From positions 9,672,001 through 9,736,000 of the forward strand of contig CATNEN010000039.1 of assembly GCA_950097015.1 (NCBI GenBank): a stretch of 64,000 nucleotides of DNA, written 5' to 3'. Made by a program: the position numbers and the translations under genes. Positions 39,501-50,335 of the stretch are shown piece after piece (position 1 is the first letter of the stretch; every line of letters starts with the position of its first letter). The notes beneath the pieces were generated by a model. It worked only from the letters and a program-made list of their open reading frames with translations, searched no databases and was not told the DNA's origin. The DNA comes from Macrostomum hystrix. Its lineage: Eukaryota; Animalia; Platyhelminthes.

Positions 39501-40201
39501 CCGAGACCCATGATCCAGAAGTTCAGGCCGCTCAGCACGGAGTTCTGGAACTTCAGCTCGAACTCGTAATAGGTTGCGTTGGCTTCCAGCCTGCAGACGA
39601 GGCGACGATCGCGAACGTCCTCCGGCTTGGCGGCAGTCACGTGATGCTCGAACGCATTCGGTGCCACCATCGCCGCGGAGGTGAGGCAGGCCAGGGCGAT
39701 GATGAACAGCGCGTTGCGACTGGTGCAGATCTCTCGACTGCGCACCGGCAGTTCGATGTAGATCAGGCGGAACACGGCCAGGGCCACGGTTATCCAGGAG
39801 CTGCAGGAGTGCGCGAAGATTGCCAGGCAGATCTGGACGAACAGGAACAGCTGCCAGGGGTAGGGCTCCGGGCATCGCAGGCGCAGCCGGTTCTGCATGG
39901 TGAAGTACAGGCAGAATGGCAGGTAGGACATGGACAGGACGCAGTCGCACAGGGCCAGGGCAGTCAGCAGGGTGTTCGTCGGATTGCGCATCGACGGCTG
40001 GCTGAAGACGATCATGTTGATAAGGTTGGTGGCGGCGCCGACACTGCAGAGCAGAGTGGCCAGGTATTTGTGGGCCTCCTGGTAGGCACCTGAGAGTCGA
40101 TTCAGCAGCTCCGGCGGCGTGCAGTTTCTGTCCCAGCTGGAGTTGGCGGCAGTCGCAGACGCCGCTGCCAGCAGGTCAGCCGGAGCTAACGGAGCTGCCA
40201 T
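33501..40201 (-). CDS. Class A peptide GPCR, myosuppressin (DMSR)/FMRFamide/sex-peptide receptor-like; exons 40201-39227 and 33830-33501 (434 aa)
   Basis: Seven hydrophobic segments; MRNPTNTLLTALALCD, WITVALAVFRLIYI, KFMPVLLL, RTTKIL, WPQ|AI joined by a phase-0 intron (CAG|gtgagt ... gcag|GCC), LGDVFDLMTLFNHSINFIFYYGMSEQFR. Confidence 0.9.
33893..34155 (+). mobile_element. Same SINE family, copy 2 (5'-truncated), inside the GPCR intron
   Basis: CACGACTTAAAG..GGTTCGATTCCCGACT..GTGTCCTTTTGCAAGAC..CATTGCTTCAGTTCACCCAGCTGTTAAATGGG..GGACTGAACAG..TGCTGTCGGCTGCACATCTG..ATTGGGGCAGGTGTAA is colinear with copy 1. Confidence 0.8.
34190..34680. repeat. 37 bp minisatellite GAATGGATTGCTAATCTATCCCACGGAAGAAGGGATA
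   Basis: Tandem periodicity. Confidence 0.93.
35515..37865. repeat. 21 bp minisatellite TGATACAAGAGTGACTGAATC, interspersed with a 28 bp unit after about 36320
   Basis: Tandem periodicity. Confidence 0.97.
38619..39210. repeat. 37 bp minisatellite GGGGGTGGCGGAGCCCTAGTCTAGATAAGGACAGAGA (left array)
   Basis: Tandem periodicity. Confidence 0.97.
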
Positions 40202-40409
40202 ATACGCCTATATGAAAAGCGATTCTGCGGTCACGCTGAAGGAGCTAGTTGGCACAGAAATCTTGGAGAGAGGATCGAGACATTTTAAACTCATTTTAGG
40301 ACGCAGCTGATTCGCTGGGACCTTGTCTTTTTTCGCTTTTAATTCGTTCAGCCCTGCGCTCCCCTTCATCGAGCTAGCCAACTCATGCATTTTCGCTCTG
40401 TCCCCTCTC

Positions 40410-41040
40410 AGAGGTGGTGGAGCGCTAGTCATGATAAGTACAGAGAGGGGCTTGTGGAGCCCGAGTCTAGATAAAGACAAATAGGGGGTGATTGTAGCAT
40501 TCAGAAAGGGGGTGGCGGAGCCCTAGTCTAGATAAGGACAGAGAGGGGGGTGGCGGAGCCCTAGTCTAGATAAGGACAGAGAGGGGGTGGCGGAGCCCTA
40601 GTCTAGATAAGGACAGAGAGGGGGTGGCGGAGCCCTAGTCTAGATAAGGACAGAGAGGGGGTGGCGGAGCCCTAGTCTAGATAAGGACAGAGAGGGGGTG
40701 GCGGAGCCCTAGTCTAGATAAGGACAGAGAGGGGGTGGCGGAGCCCTAGTCTAGATAAGGACAGAGAGGGGGTGGCGGAGCCCTAGTCTAGATAAGGACA
40801 GAGAGGGGGTGGCGGAGCCCTAGTCTAGATAAGGACAGAGAGGGGGTGGCGGAGCCCTAGTCTAGATAAGGACAGAGAGGGGGTGGCGGAGCCCTAGTCT
40901 AGATAAGGACAGAGAGGGGGTGGCGGAGCCCTAGTCTAGATAAGGACAGAGAGGGGGTGGCGGAGCCCTAGTCTAGATAAGGACAGAGAGGGGGTGGCGG
41001 AGCCCTAGTTAAGATAAGGACAGAGATGGAGTGGCAGAAA
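40410..41040. repeat. Same 37 bp minisatellite (right array)
   Basis: Identical consensus and orientation to 38619-39210. Confidence 0.97.
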
Positions 41041-41719
41041 AACCTCAGCGATAGGAACAGTGACAAAAGGCTGGGCTACGCTTCAAAGCTCACTATTTTT
41101 AGGAGTTAAATATCACTATACAAATGCTTTTGTCTAACTTGCTCATTGCAGCGAGTCAGATAAGAAAAATTGAATTGAACTCAAACTCACACTAATTATT
41201 CATAAAACAATTTTGTCATACAAATTTCGCTGCTCTCACGTAGCAAGCGTTGGCCCGTGCAAGCGAGTGGGCAAAGCTAGAAAATTGAGCTTAGTCCGGT
41301 ACAAAGATATGAGTCTATACTCTCTGCCCGCTGTTCGCTAAGTGCAAAGGCGAGTTGGTAATAGTGAAAGAGAGTGATAGAGAGAGCTGCAGGGGAAGGG
41401 CTCTCAGTGTCGCAATATTGGCATCAGCAATGATCTGCTTCAGGCTGTAGCAGTTATTCACATTGCTAGTTTCGGACATCTCGTTGATGGGAGATTTCAG
41501 GGTGTGAAATGAGTAGCAGTGGGACTAACATGGACTCAGGTGATGAGCCGATTGTCATAACAATGAGAGAAAGTTCATGCGCACCTGATGCTAGGGACGA
41601 GGCAGCTCTCAGCAAGTACTCCACCTGACGAAGTTCCCGCAAACATTAAATAGGGCCGAGCTGCATGGCATCCAATAGCGAGTGGAGAGACTTAAGAGTT
41701 CTGGGAAACTTTTCGGGGC

Positions 41720-42480
41720 ATGTGGGACACTGAGAGTGGATCTGGGAGACTGAGTACGGATCTGGGAGACTGAGTGGGGATCTGGGAGACTGAGTGGGGA
41801 TCTGGGAGTCTGAGTGGGGATCTGAGAGACTGAGTAGGGATCTGGGAGACTGAGTGGGGATCTGGGAGTCTGAGTGGGGATCTGGGAGACTGAGTGGGGA
41901 TCTGGGAGTCTGAGTGGGGATCAGGGAGACTGAGTAGGGATCTGGGAGACTGAGTGAGGATCTGGGAGACTGAGTACGGATCTGGGAGACTGAGTGGGGA
42001 TCTGGGAGACTGAGTAGGGATCTGGGAGTCTGAGTGGGGATCTGGGAGACTGAGTAGGGATCTGGGAGACTGAGTGAGGATCTGGGAGTCTGAGTGGGGA
42101 TCTGGGAGACTGAGTAGGGATCTGGGAGACTGAGTGAGGATCTGGGAGTCTGAGTGGGGATCTGGGAGACTGAGTAGGGATCTGGGAGACTGAGTGGGGA
42201 TCTGGGAGTCTGAGTGGGGATCAGGGAGACTGAGTAGGGATCTGGGAGACTGAGTGAGGATCTGGGAGACTGAGTACGGATCTGGGAGACTGAGTGGGGA
42301 TCTGGGAGACTGAGTAGGGATCTGGGAGTCTGAGTGAGGATCTGGGAGACTGAGTACGGATCTGGGAGACTGAGTGGGGATCTGGGAGACTGAGTAGGGA
42401 TCTGGGAGTCTGAGTGGGGATCTGGGAGACTGAGTAGGGATCTGGGAGACTGAGAGTGGATCTGGGAACTGAGTGGGATT
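41720..42480. repeat. 20 bp minisatellite TCTGGGAGACTGAGTGGGGA
   Basis: Tandem periodicity. Confidence 0.97.
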
Positions 42481-43119
42481 TGGGTGGGATGTGGGAGAGT
42501 GAAACAGATTTATAGAAGGAATAATCAGCTGGGATTCGGGAGACTGATTCGGAGAAAAATGAGAGGCGAACTGCAGCTGCTCACTGCTCGAGGCGTCGAA
42601 TTTCTTAATCTGCCAAATTTTTTTGCCTCCAGATTGGCTGGGCTAGATGAAGGTCTCGGGTTCGAGTCTGGCTGACTGAGCAGTTTAGAGGAAGAAGCTT
42701 TTCTTTGACGCAAATGATGGTTGAGCGAGCTCAAATATGGGGGTGTTGAAAAGGCTTTCAATTTCATTTTCCCAGAAGGGCGTGGCCGGCTAACCCGGTA
42801 CATATTTAGGAGCCCCAAAGAGAAGGGAAAAGACAAAAAACTAATTGCTGGCTGAGAGAAGTGAATAGGTCTTTTTAATTCCACCCGAAACCCCAGCAAA
42901 CACACACGCGATGTGGCAGTCCTGGTTTTTATAATCACAGAAATCAAGCATCTATTCTTTTGAGCATGCAGCGCTGAAGATGCCCACTAATTGTTTATTT
43001 AAAAAAATCTAGATTTCTCTTTTGTGAATTGAGCGGTAGCTTTTATTATGCGGATGAATACTTAGGAGCAGTTAGGGGGATACATATAAAACTGGATATC
43101 GACAAAAATATCTCTATTT

Positions 43120-43645
43120 ATATTGGCCAATCATAGATTTGCAGGTCTTCCCAAACTGACCAATAGGAATCGTTCTATTTCTATTGGCCAGTCAGAGATT
43201 AGCAGGTCTTCCCAAACTGACCAATAGGAATCGTTCTATTTCTATTGGCCAATCAGAGATTAGCAGGTCTTCCCAAACTGACCAATAGGAATCGTTCTAT
43301 TTCTATTGGCCAATCAGAGATTAGCAGGTCTTCCCAAACTGACCAATAGGAATCGTTCTATTTCTATTGGCCAATCAGAGATTAGCAGGTCTTCCCAAAC
43401 TGACCAATAGGAATCGTTCTATTTCTATTGGCCAATCAGAGATTAGCAGGTCTTCCCAAACTGACCAATAGGAATCGTTCTATTTCTATTGGCCAGTCAG
43501 AGATTCGCAGGTCTTCCCAAACTGACCAATAGGAATCGTTCTATTTCTATTGGCCAATCAGAGGTTAGCAGGTCTTCCCAAACTGACCAATAGGAATCGT
43601 TCTATTTCTATTGACCAATCAGAGATTTGCAGGTCTTTCCGACCT
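43120..43645. repeat. 61 bp CCAAT-rich minisatellite
   Basis: About 8 copies of GCAGGTCTTCCCAAACTGACCAATAGGAATCGTTCTATTTCTATTGGCCAATCAGAGATTA. Confidence 0.96.
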
Positions 43646-44612
43646 GAAGAAATGTATATGACAGCCAATCACTTGACTTTCTCTCCAGTTCGACTACGGC
43701 AAAACCACAACGTCATTGCCAGTATTTAAAACGAATAGCATTTCGAAAGTAAGCAGAATTTAATTTTTAATTAAATTTAGCTGGATTAATCTGTCATAGT
43801 TTTCCAGGATAACATGAGAATGATTTCTGCTTTTAATGCTTCAACAAGAGGAAACAAAGCAACAGAATTTATATGGATTTATACAGATCATATAGAGGGA
43901 GGTGGACTGAGACTGTCACTGTATAAATTATTACATATAGAATGATATATCCAAACATTCAATCAGCTAATAGGAAAAAGACAAAGAACTTTAATGTCTA
44001 GATTATGCCCATCAGAAGAGGATTTCGGGTCTGCAATCGGATAATTGAATTTAGTGATTTTTTCCTGTGCCATAATGAAGCCTTTTCTAATCAAGTATCA
44101 TATCATGCTCAGTCTTGTACTCTTCAGGCATCAAAGCTATGAAATGAGACACTAAATTGTTATTTCTAGGAATAAAAAAGTAGGTAAATCAAAACCAATC
44201 TTTGCAGCTCAATAATTTTTTTACGAAAACGACAAACAAGGTTTGAAAGACAGGTTTCTGGCAGTTTAACCTACGTTATCTATTGCGGAATATTTAGTAT
44301 CGATTTGGTCTGTGGATGCCATCCTGCAGCTAATGGCAATCCGCCATTAGTGGTGGTGTTTGCCAGCGTTTCTCTTGCAGATTTCCGCACCAATACAACG
44401 AGAACTTTCTCCATTCACAACCTTGCTTTAGTGAACTCAAGAAAGAATATACAAGTATATCGACCCGGAAAGTGCAAAAATTTCATGCAACAATGGCCTT
44501 TGTTGATACCCTATCGCCTATCCAATATCCTGTTTCAAAGCCTACACGTATCTTAAGGCCAATATCCATGCTACGGAAACTTAATGTTTTTATAAAGTGC
44601 GTGAGCATAGAA

Positions 44613-44755
44613 GAGGAGGTTGTTGCCTCGTGGTTAGAGCGTCGGACTCACGACTTAAAGGTCGCGGGTTCGTTTCCCGACTGGAACGATTTGTGTACTT
44701 TAGCAAGGATGTGGCGTCTCCCCAGTCCATGGACTGAACAGCAGTCGGCTGTCGA
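44613..44755 (+). mobile_element. Same SINE family, copy 3 (tRNA head intact, internally deleted)
   Basis: GAGGTTGTTGCCTCGTGGTTAGAGCGTCGGACTCACGACTTAAAGGTCGCGGGTTCGTTTCCCGACTGG, then jumps to TGTGGCGTCTCCCCAGTCCATGGACTGAACAG as seen in copy 2. Confidence 0.75.
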
Positions 44756-45012
44756 GAAATCATCTTCATATTATCCACGACAAAAACGACAAAATTAATA
44801 AAAGCCCTTTCTAATTTCGAGATACCCATGGCATCCATTCCACCCTCCATTGCTTGAGAGAAAGGCAGCATCGTCAAAGGCAGCTGACGAAAATTATGCT
44901 AATTTGACGTCCGATCAAGTTTGTCTATGGCCAAACCACATTATAAAAAAGATAATAGCGGAAAATAAATATGTCAATTGATTTCGCTAAAAAAGCCAAT
45001 TGATTTCCCCAT

Positions 45013-46137
45013 TAGCTGAAGTCGAAAGCGAGGGCCCAACCAGCCTTCTCGACCATAGATAAGTCCAAATGAATTCCCTTAAGTCCAATTGATTTCCCTG
45101 AATTCAATGTGTTTTAAGCATACTCTCCGGGGAAATCGATTGGAGTTGTTTCATTCTGTTGTCTGTGGTCGAAATCGAGGATTCATAGTTAGTCTTTGTC
45201 TACAGCGCAAATCTGGCATGTACAAGAGAACAGAGGTCATCAACCTATGTAACAAATGAAACAAAGTAACAAATAATGAACAAATAACCAGGTTTCGGGT
45301 CATGCGGGTCATGAAAATTATGAAGTTAGCTTTGCCGTACCTGGCGTACGTCACTGGAAGATATTGGCATATTCGAGGCACCGCTGATAGTACACCATGA
45401 CGTGGTGACACCATTGGCGACACTTGTCCAGATTCAGCCCGTCGATGCATCCCAACACTTCCTGTTGCAGCAGAGTCATCCGTCTCCTGTGAAGGGTAAC
45501 TCCTTGCTGTGCTGCCGCGGCGCGGTCTCCCATCTGCTGCTGAATGTCAGGCTGCGCGAGGCGCTGCTTCACTGCTGCTTTCAGACAACTGCCAGCGACC
45601 TCAGCTGCGTTTTGGAAAGGCGAGTACGGTGGAAGATGTCGTACTTGATGGTCATCTCGCAATCCTGGGACATTCGCATGCGCTCGAGCATTATCGCAAC
45701 GGAGAACAAATGCGCTGTCCACCAGTTGGTCTATTTCCATCAGCATTCCCTGAAACTGTGCATTTGTGAATCCACCTTCGGCAAGCTGGTAATGGACCAG
45801 CCCAAGGTCTGGCGAAATGGCGAGGCACAGGGTCAAATTCTGCCCCTCTGGCCAGCAACAATGTGCACGGCGGGCTCGCCCATCCTTGCCCAGCCTTGCG
45901 TTCTGGCGGTCCATACATTGAAGCCAAACTCATCCAGATTTGCGCTGTAGACAAAGACTAACTATGAATCCTCGATTTCGACCACAGACAACAGAATTAA
46001 ACAACTCCAATCGATTTCCCCGGAGAGTATGCTTAAAACACATTGAATTGAGGGAAATCAATTGGACTTAAGGGAATTCATTTGGACTTATCTATGGTCG
46101 AGAAGGCTGGTTGGGCCCTCGCTTTCGACTTCAGCTA
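45013..46137 (-). mobile_element. Defective IS630/Tc1/mariner-superfamily DNA transposon with 204 bp inverted repeats (45013-45216 and 45934-46137)
   Basis: Near-perfect inverted repeats (2 mismatches seen) bounded by TA; internal DDE transposase fragment. Confidence 0.9.
45351..45937 (-). pseudogene. DDE_3-type transposase catalytic domain, frameshifted, N-terminal half missing
   Basis: LDEFGFNVWTARTQGWARMGEPAVHIVAGQRG, then a 1-nt frameshift at the C run 45843-45846, then QNLTLCLAIS...CDNARAH...LPPYSPFQNAAE. Confidence 0.88.
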
Positions 46138-46829
46138 TATATAAGAACATATTTTTAGACATGCAAGAGCTGTTTACGGAATGCAGTCTGGTATAAACTG
46201 TGAGAGTTAGGCTGATGTGACAGAATAATTGCGTACAGGATGACATGAAAATGCTTGCTGCCTGTGTTTTCCACAAGATCGGAACCAGCAGTCATATGTC
46301 ACGTATAGTTGAATTTGGCTAGTCAGAGTTGCATGCTGTTTCAAATTTTAGTACCAAACGTACAATTTTACAATGTCACTTAACATGCAACTTAAAATAG
46401 ACACTGAATTGAATATAATATTGTTTCAAATATTTTCTCATATCAGCATTTAAGAATAACTTTATTTTGGATCTTTGTTTGAATGCCAGTTAAATATATT
46501 ATAGAAATCCATTTCAAAATACATTAGGTAAATCCCTCTTGAATATGTTAGGGAAATCCCATGGGAAATTATTTGGGAAATCCTCTCTCAATCAACGTAG
46601 GAAATCCCTATTAAGTACGAGCCGTATTGTAGCGAATTTTAAATATAAACTTGTAAATGGAAGTGCCATTAAATTAAAAATTAAATGTACAAGGAAACCG
46701 TGTATAAAAATTTTTTTCTTATAAGAAGGGAAATAGAGCTTATTATCACAAGGGAATTCCCTCTTCCAAACAGGTGAGAAATTGAAATTGAATTCCTATT
46801 TCCAACACGAATGGAAATCTCGTTTATTT

Positions 46830-47615
46830 TTAATTGGGGAATTCCCATTTACTATTGGACAGGTAATCCAATTTATTCCTAAAAGGGAATCCCTGTTTCC
46901 GATTGGACGGGAAATCCCATTTATTCTCATAAGGGAATTCCCATTTCTTAAGGGACGGGAAATCCCATTTATTCTCATAAGGGAATTCCCATTTCTTAAG
47001 GGACGGGAAATCCCATTTATTCTCATAAGGGAATTCCCATTTCTTAAAGGACGGGAAATCTCATTTATTCTCATAAGGGAATTCCCATTTCTTAAAGGAC
47101 GGGAAATCCCATTTATTCTCATAAGGGAATTCCCATTTCTTAAATGGACGGGAAATCCCATTTATTCTCATAAGGGAATTCCCATTTCTTAAATGGACGG
47201 GAAATCCCATTTATTCTCATAAGGGAATTCCCATTTCTTAAATGGACGGGAAATCCCATTTATTCTCATAAGGGAATTCCCATTTCTTAAATGGACGGGA
47301 AATCCCATTTATTCTCATAAGGGAATTCCCATTTCTTAAAGGACGGGAAATCTCATTTATTCTCATAAGGGAATTCCCATTTCTTAAAGGACGGGAAGTC
47401 CCATTTATTCTCATTAGAGAATTTCCATTTCTCGTTAGACTAGAAATCTCATTGATTCTCATAAGCGAGTTCTTATTTTCTATTAGATGGGTAATCCCTT
47501 TGATTCTCATAAGGGAATTCCCATTTCTTAAATGGACGGGAAATCCCATTTATTCTCATTAGAGAATTCCCATTTCTCGTTAGACTAGAAATCGCATTGA
47601 TTTTCATTAGGAAAT
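46830..47615. repeat. 48 bp minisatellite containing GGGAAATCCC and GGGAATTCCC
   Basis: Tandem periodicity. Confidence 0.95.
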
Positions 47616-48109
47616 TTCCAATTCATACCAAAGGCTGCAATTAAATTCGATTATCAAAGCATTGAATGAATCGTTCAGACATCTCAATTTGAGCTGTTTT
47701 GGTAAATAACTTGAATTTAGTGGACTCAAAAGATTGATTGATTTCCTGTTCAAACAAGACAGCTCCCGCCGTAGGAAATCAGTTCGCAGCTTTTCTTCGC
47801 AATACGTCAAAGCAGATTTACCATTTCTTTCTTAAATAAAAGCTGGTCATTTCTTATAGCCAGCAGAACTCCCAAATGATTTCCCTGGGGGGAGAAAGTT
47901 AAAAAATAATACGTATGGGGGAATTTTATACTAGCTAAGCAAAACAATGGCCTTAGGGGTCGCAGTGGATGGTAATTTTTCTTAACTAGCTTAACGAGGC
48001 CGCGGAAAATCAATTGATCGTATTATCAATCGACAATTACAGGTCTAGAAAATTTTGCCACGAAAGATTAATAATTAATTTGCCTAGATTCAAACTAAAG
48101 AAAAAATAT

Positions 48110-48635
48110 CATTGGACAATCAGATTCGCCGGCCTTCCTCGATCTGACCAATAGGAACCGTCCTATTCTTGTAGGCCAACCAGAGATTTGCATGCCATAC
48201 CGACCTGACCAATAGGAACCGTCCTATTCTTGTAGGTCAACCAGAGTTGCATGCCATACCGACCTGACCAATAGGAACCGTCCTATTCTTGTTGGCCAAT
48301 CAGAGTTGCATGCCATACCGACCTGACCAATAGGAACCGTCCTATTCTTGTTGGCCAATCAGAGTTGCATGCCATACCGACCTGACCAATAGGAACCGTC
48401 CTATTCTTGTTGGCCAATCAGAGTTGCATGCCATACCGACCTGACCAATAGGAACCGTCCTATTCTTGTTGGCCAATCAGAGTTGCATGCCATACCGACC
48501 TGACCAATAGGAACCGTCCTATTCTTGTTGGCCAATCAGAGTTGCATGCCATACCGACATGACCAATAGGAACCGTCCTATTCTTGTTGGCCAATCAGAG
48601 ATTCACAGGTCATCCCGACCTGACCAATAGGAATC
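48110..48635. repeat. 59 bp CCAAT-rich minisatellite related to 43120-43645
   Basis: CTGACCAATAGGAACCGTCCTATTCTTGTTGGCCAATCAGAG core. Confidence 0.95.
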
Positions 48636-49099
48636 TTTCTGACCTGGCTAAAAAAAACCAATCGTTCGTTAATTTTTTCCGCCGTTTTTGTTAAAAGAAA
48701 CTGTAAAAACGAAACCAGACGAACGAATAAACAGCGAACAATTGGAAATGATCACAAAATGACCAATACAATGGACACTTTTTTACAATCTCATAAAATG
48801 CTTCAAAGCTATTTAAGCTTTGAGACACAGCATTATATTAGCCAAATATTGAACTGTGTTGCCTAATTTTTAGTCTCAAAATCACCGAATTAAACTATGT
48901 GGAACACAATATGGACGCTTGCTAAACATAGCTGATTGCATTTTGAATTATTACTGCAAAGCAATGCTTCTAATTACAGCTGCACTACAGCTGCACAGTT
49001 AAAGATTAAAAGTTTACTGCACACAAACTGCAATCAAGGAGTAAAACAAAAGTTAATATTATAGGCTCAATTACTTTTTTTATTAATCTGACATTGATA

Positions 49100-50335
49100 C
49101 ATTAAATTGACCTGAAACTGGTCCATTAAACTGACCTGAAACTGGTCCATTAAACCATCATTAAACTGACCTGAAACTGGTCCATTAAACCATCATTAAA
49201 CTGGCCTGAAACTGGTCCATTAAACTACCATTAAACTGACCTGAAACTGGTCCATTAAACCACCGTTAAACTGACCTGAAACTGGTCCATTAAACTACCA
49301 TTAAACTGACCTGAAACTGGTCCATTAAACCACCGTTAAACTGACCTGAAACTGGTCCATTAAACCACCGTTAAACTGACCTGAAACTGGTCCATTAAAC
49401 TACCATTAAACTGACCTGAAACTGGTCCATTAAACTACCATTAAACTGACCTGAAACTGGTCCATTAAACCATCATCAAACTGATCTGAAACTGGTCCAT
49501 TAAACCATCATTAAACTGACCTGAAACTGGTCCATTAAACCACCGTTAAACTGACCTGAAACTGGTCCATTAAACCATCATTAAACTGACCTGAAACTGG
49601 TCCATTAAACCACCGTTAAACTGACCTGAAACTGGTCCATTAAACTACCATTAAACTGACCTGAAACTGGTCCATTAAACTACCATTAAACTGACCTGAA
49701 ACTGGTCCATTAAACTACCATTACACTGACCTGAAACTGGTCCATTAAACTACCATTAAACTGACCTGAAACTGGTCCATTAAACTACCATTAAACTGAC
49801 CTGAAACTGGTCCATTAAACTACCATTAAACTGACCTGAAACTGGTCCATTAAACTACCATTAAACTGACCTGAAACTGGTCCATTAAACCATCATTAAA
49901 CTAACCTGAAACTGGTCCATTAAACTACCATTACACTGACCTGAAACTGGTCCATTAAACTACCATTAAAGTGACCTGAAACTGGTCCATTAAACTACCA
50001 TTAAAGTGATATGAAACTGGTCCATTAAACTACCATTACACTGACCTGAAACTGGTCCATTAAACCACCGTTAAACTGACCTGAAACTGGTCCATTAAAC
50101 CACCGTTAAACTGACCTGAAACTGGTCCATTAAACCACCGTTAAACTGACCTGAAACTGGTCCATTAAACCACCGTTAAACTGACCTGAAACTGGTCCAT
50201 TAAACCACCGTTAAACTGACCTGAAACTGGTCCATTAAACTACCATTAAACTGACCTGAAACTGGTCCATTAAACCACCGTTAAACTGACCTGAAACTGG
50301 TCCATTAAACCACGATTAAACTGAACTGAAATAAT
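49100..50335. repeat. 35 bp minisatellite AAACTGACCTGAAACTGGTCCATTAAACTACCATT
   Basis: Tandem periodicity. Confidence 0.97.

Noticed and set aside
39177-40310. Overlapping antisense or alternative-frame ORFs on the GPCR, TOPORS and innexin exons
   Set aside because: Expected shadows of GC-rich coding sequence; no recognisable domains.
41250-41281. Helitron 3' end (GCCCG..GGGC-AAAG-CTAG)
   Set aside because: Weak stem, followed by A rather than T, and no identifiable 5' end.
44613-44690. Functional tRNA gene
   Set aside because: Imperfect stems and T-loop, and it continues into the SINE body shared with two other copies.
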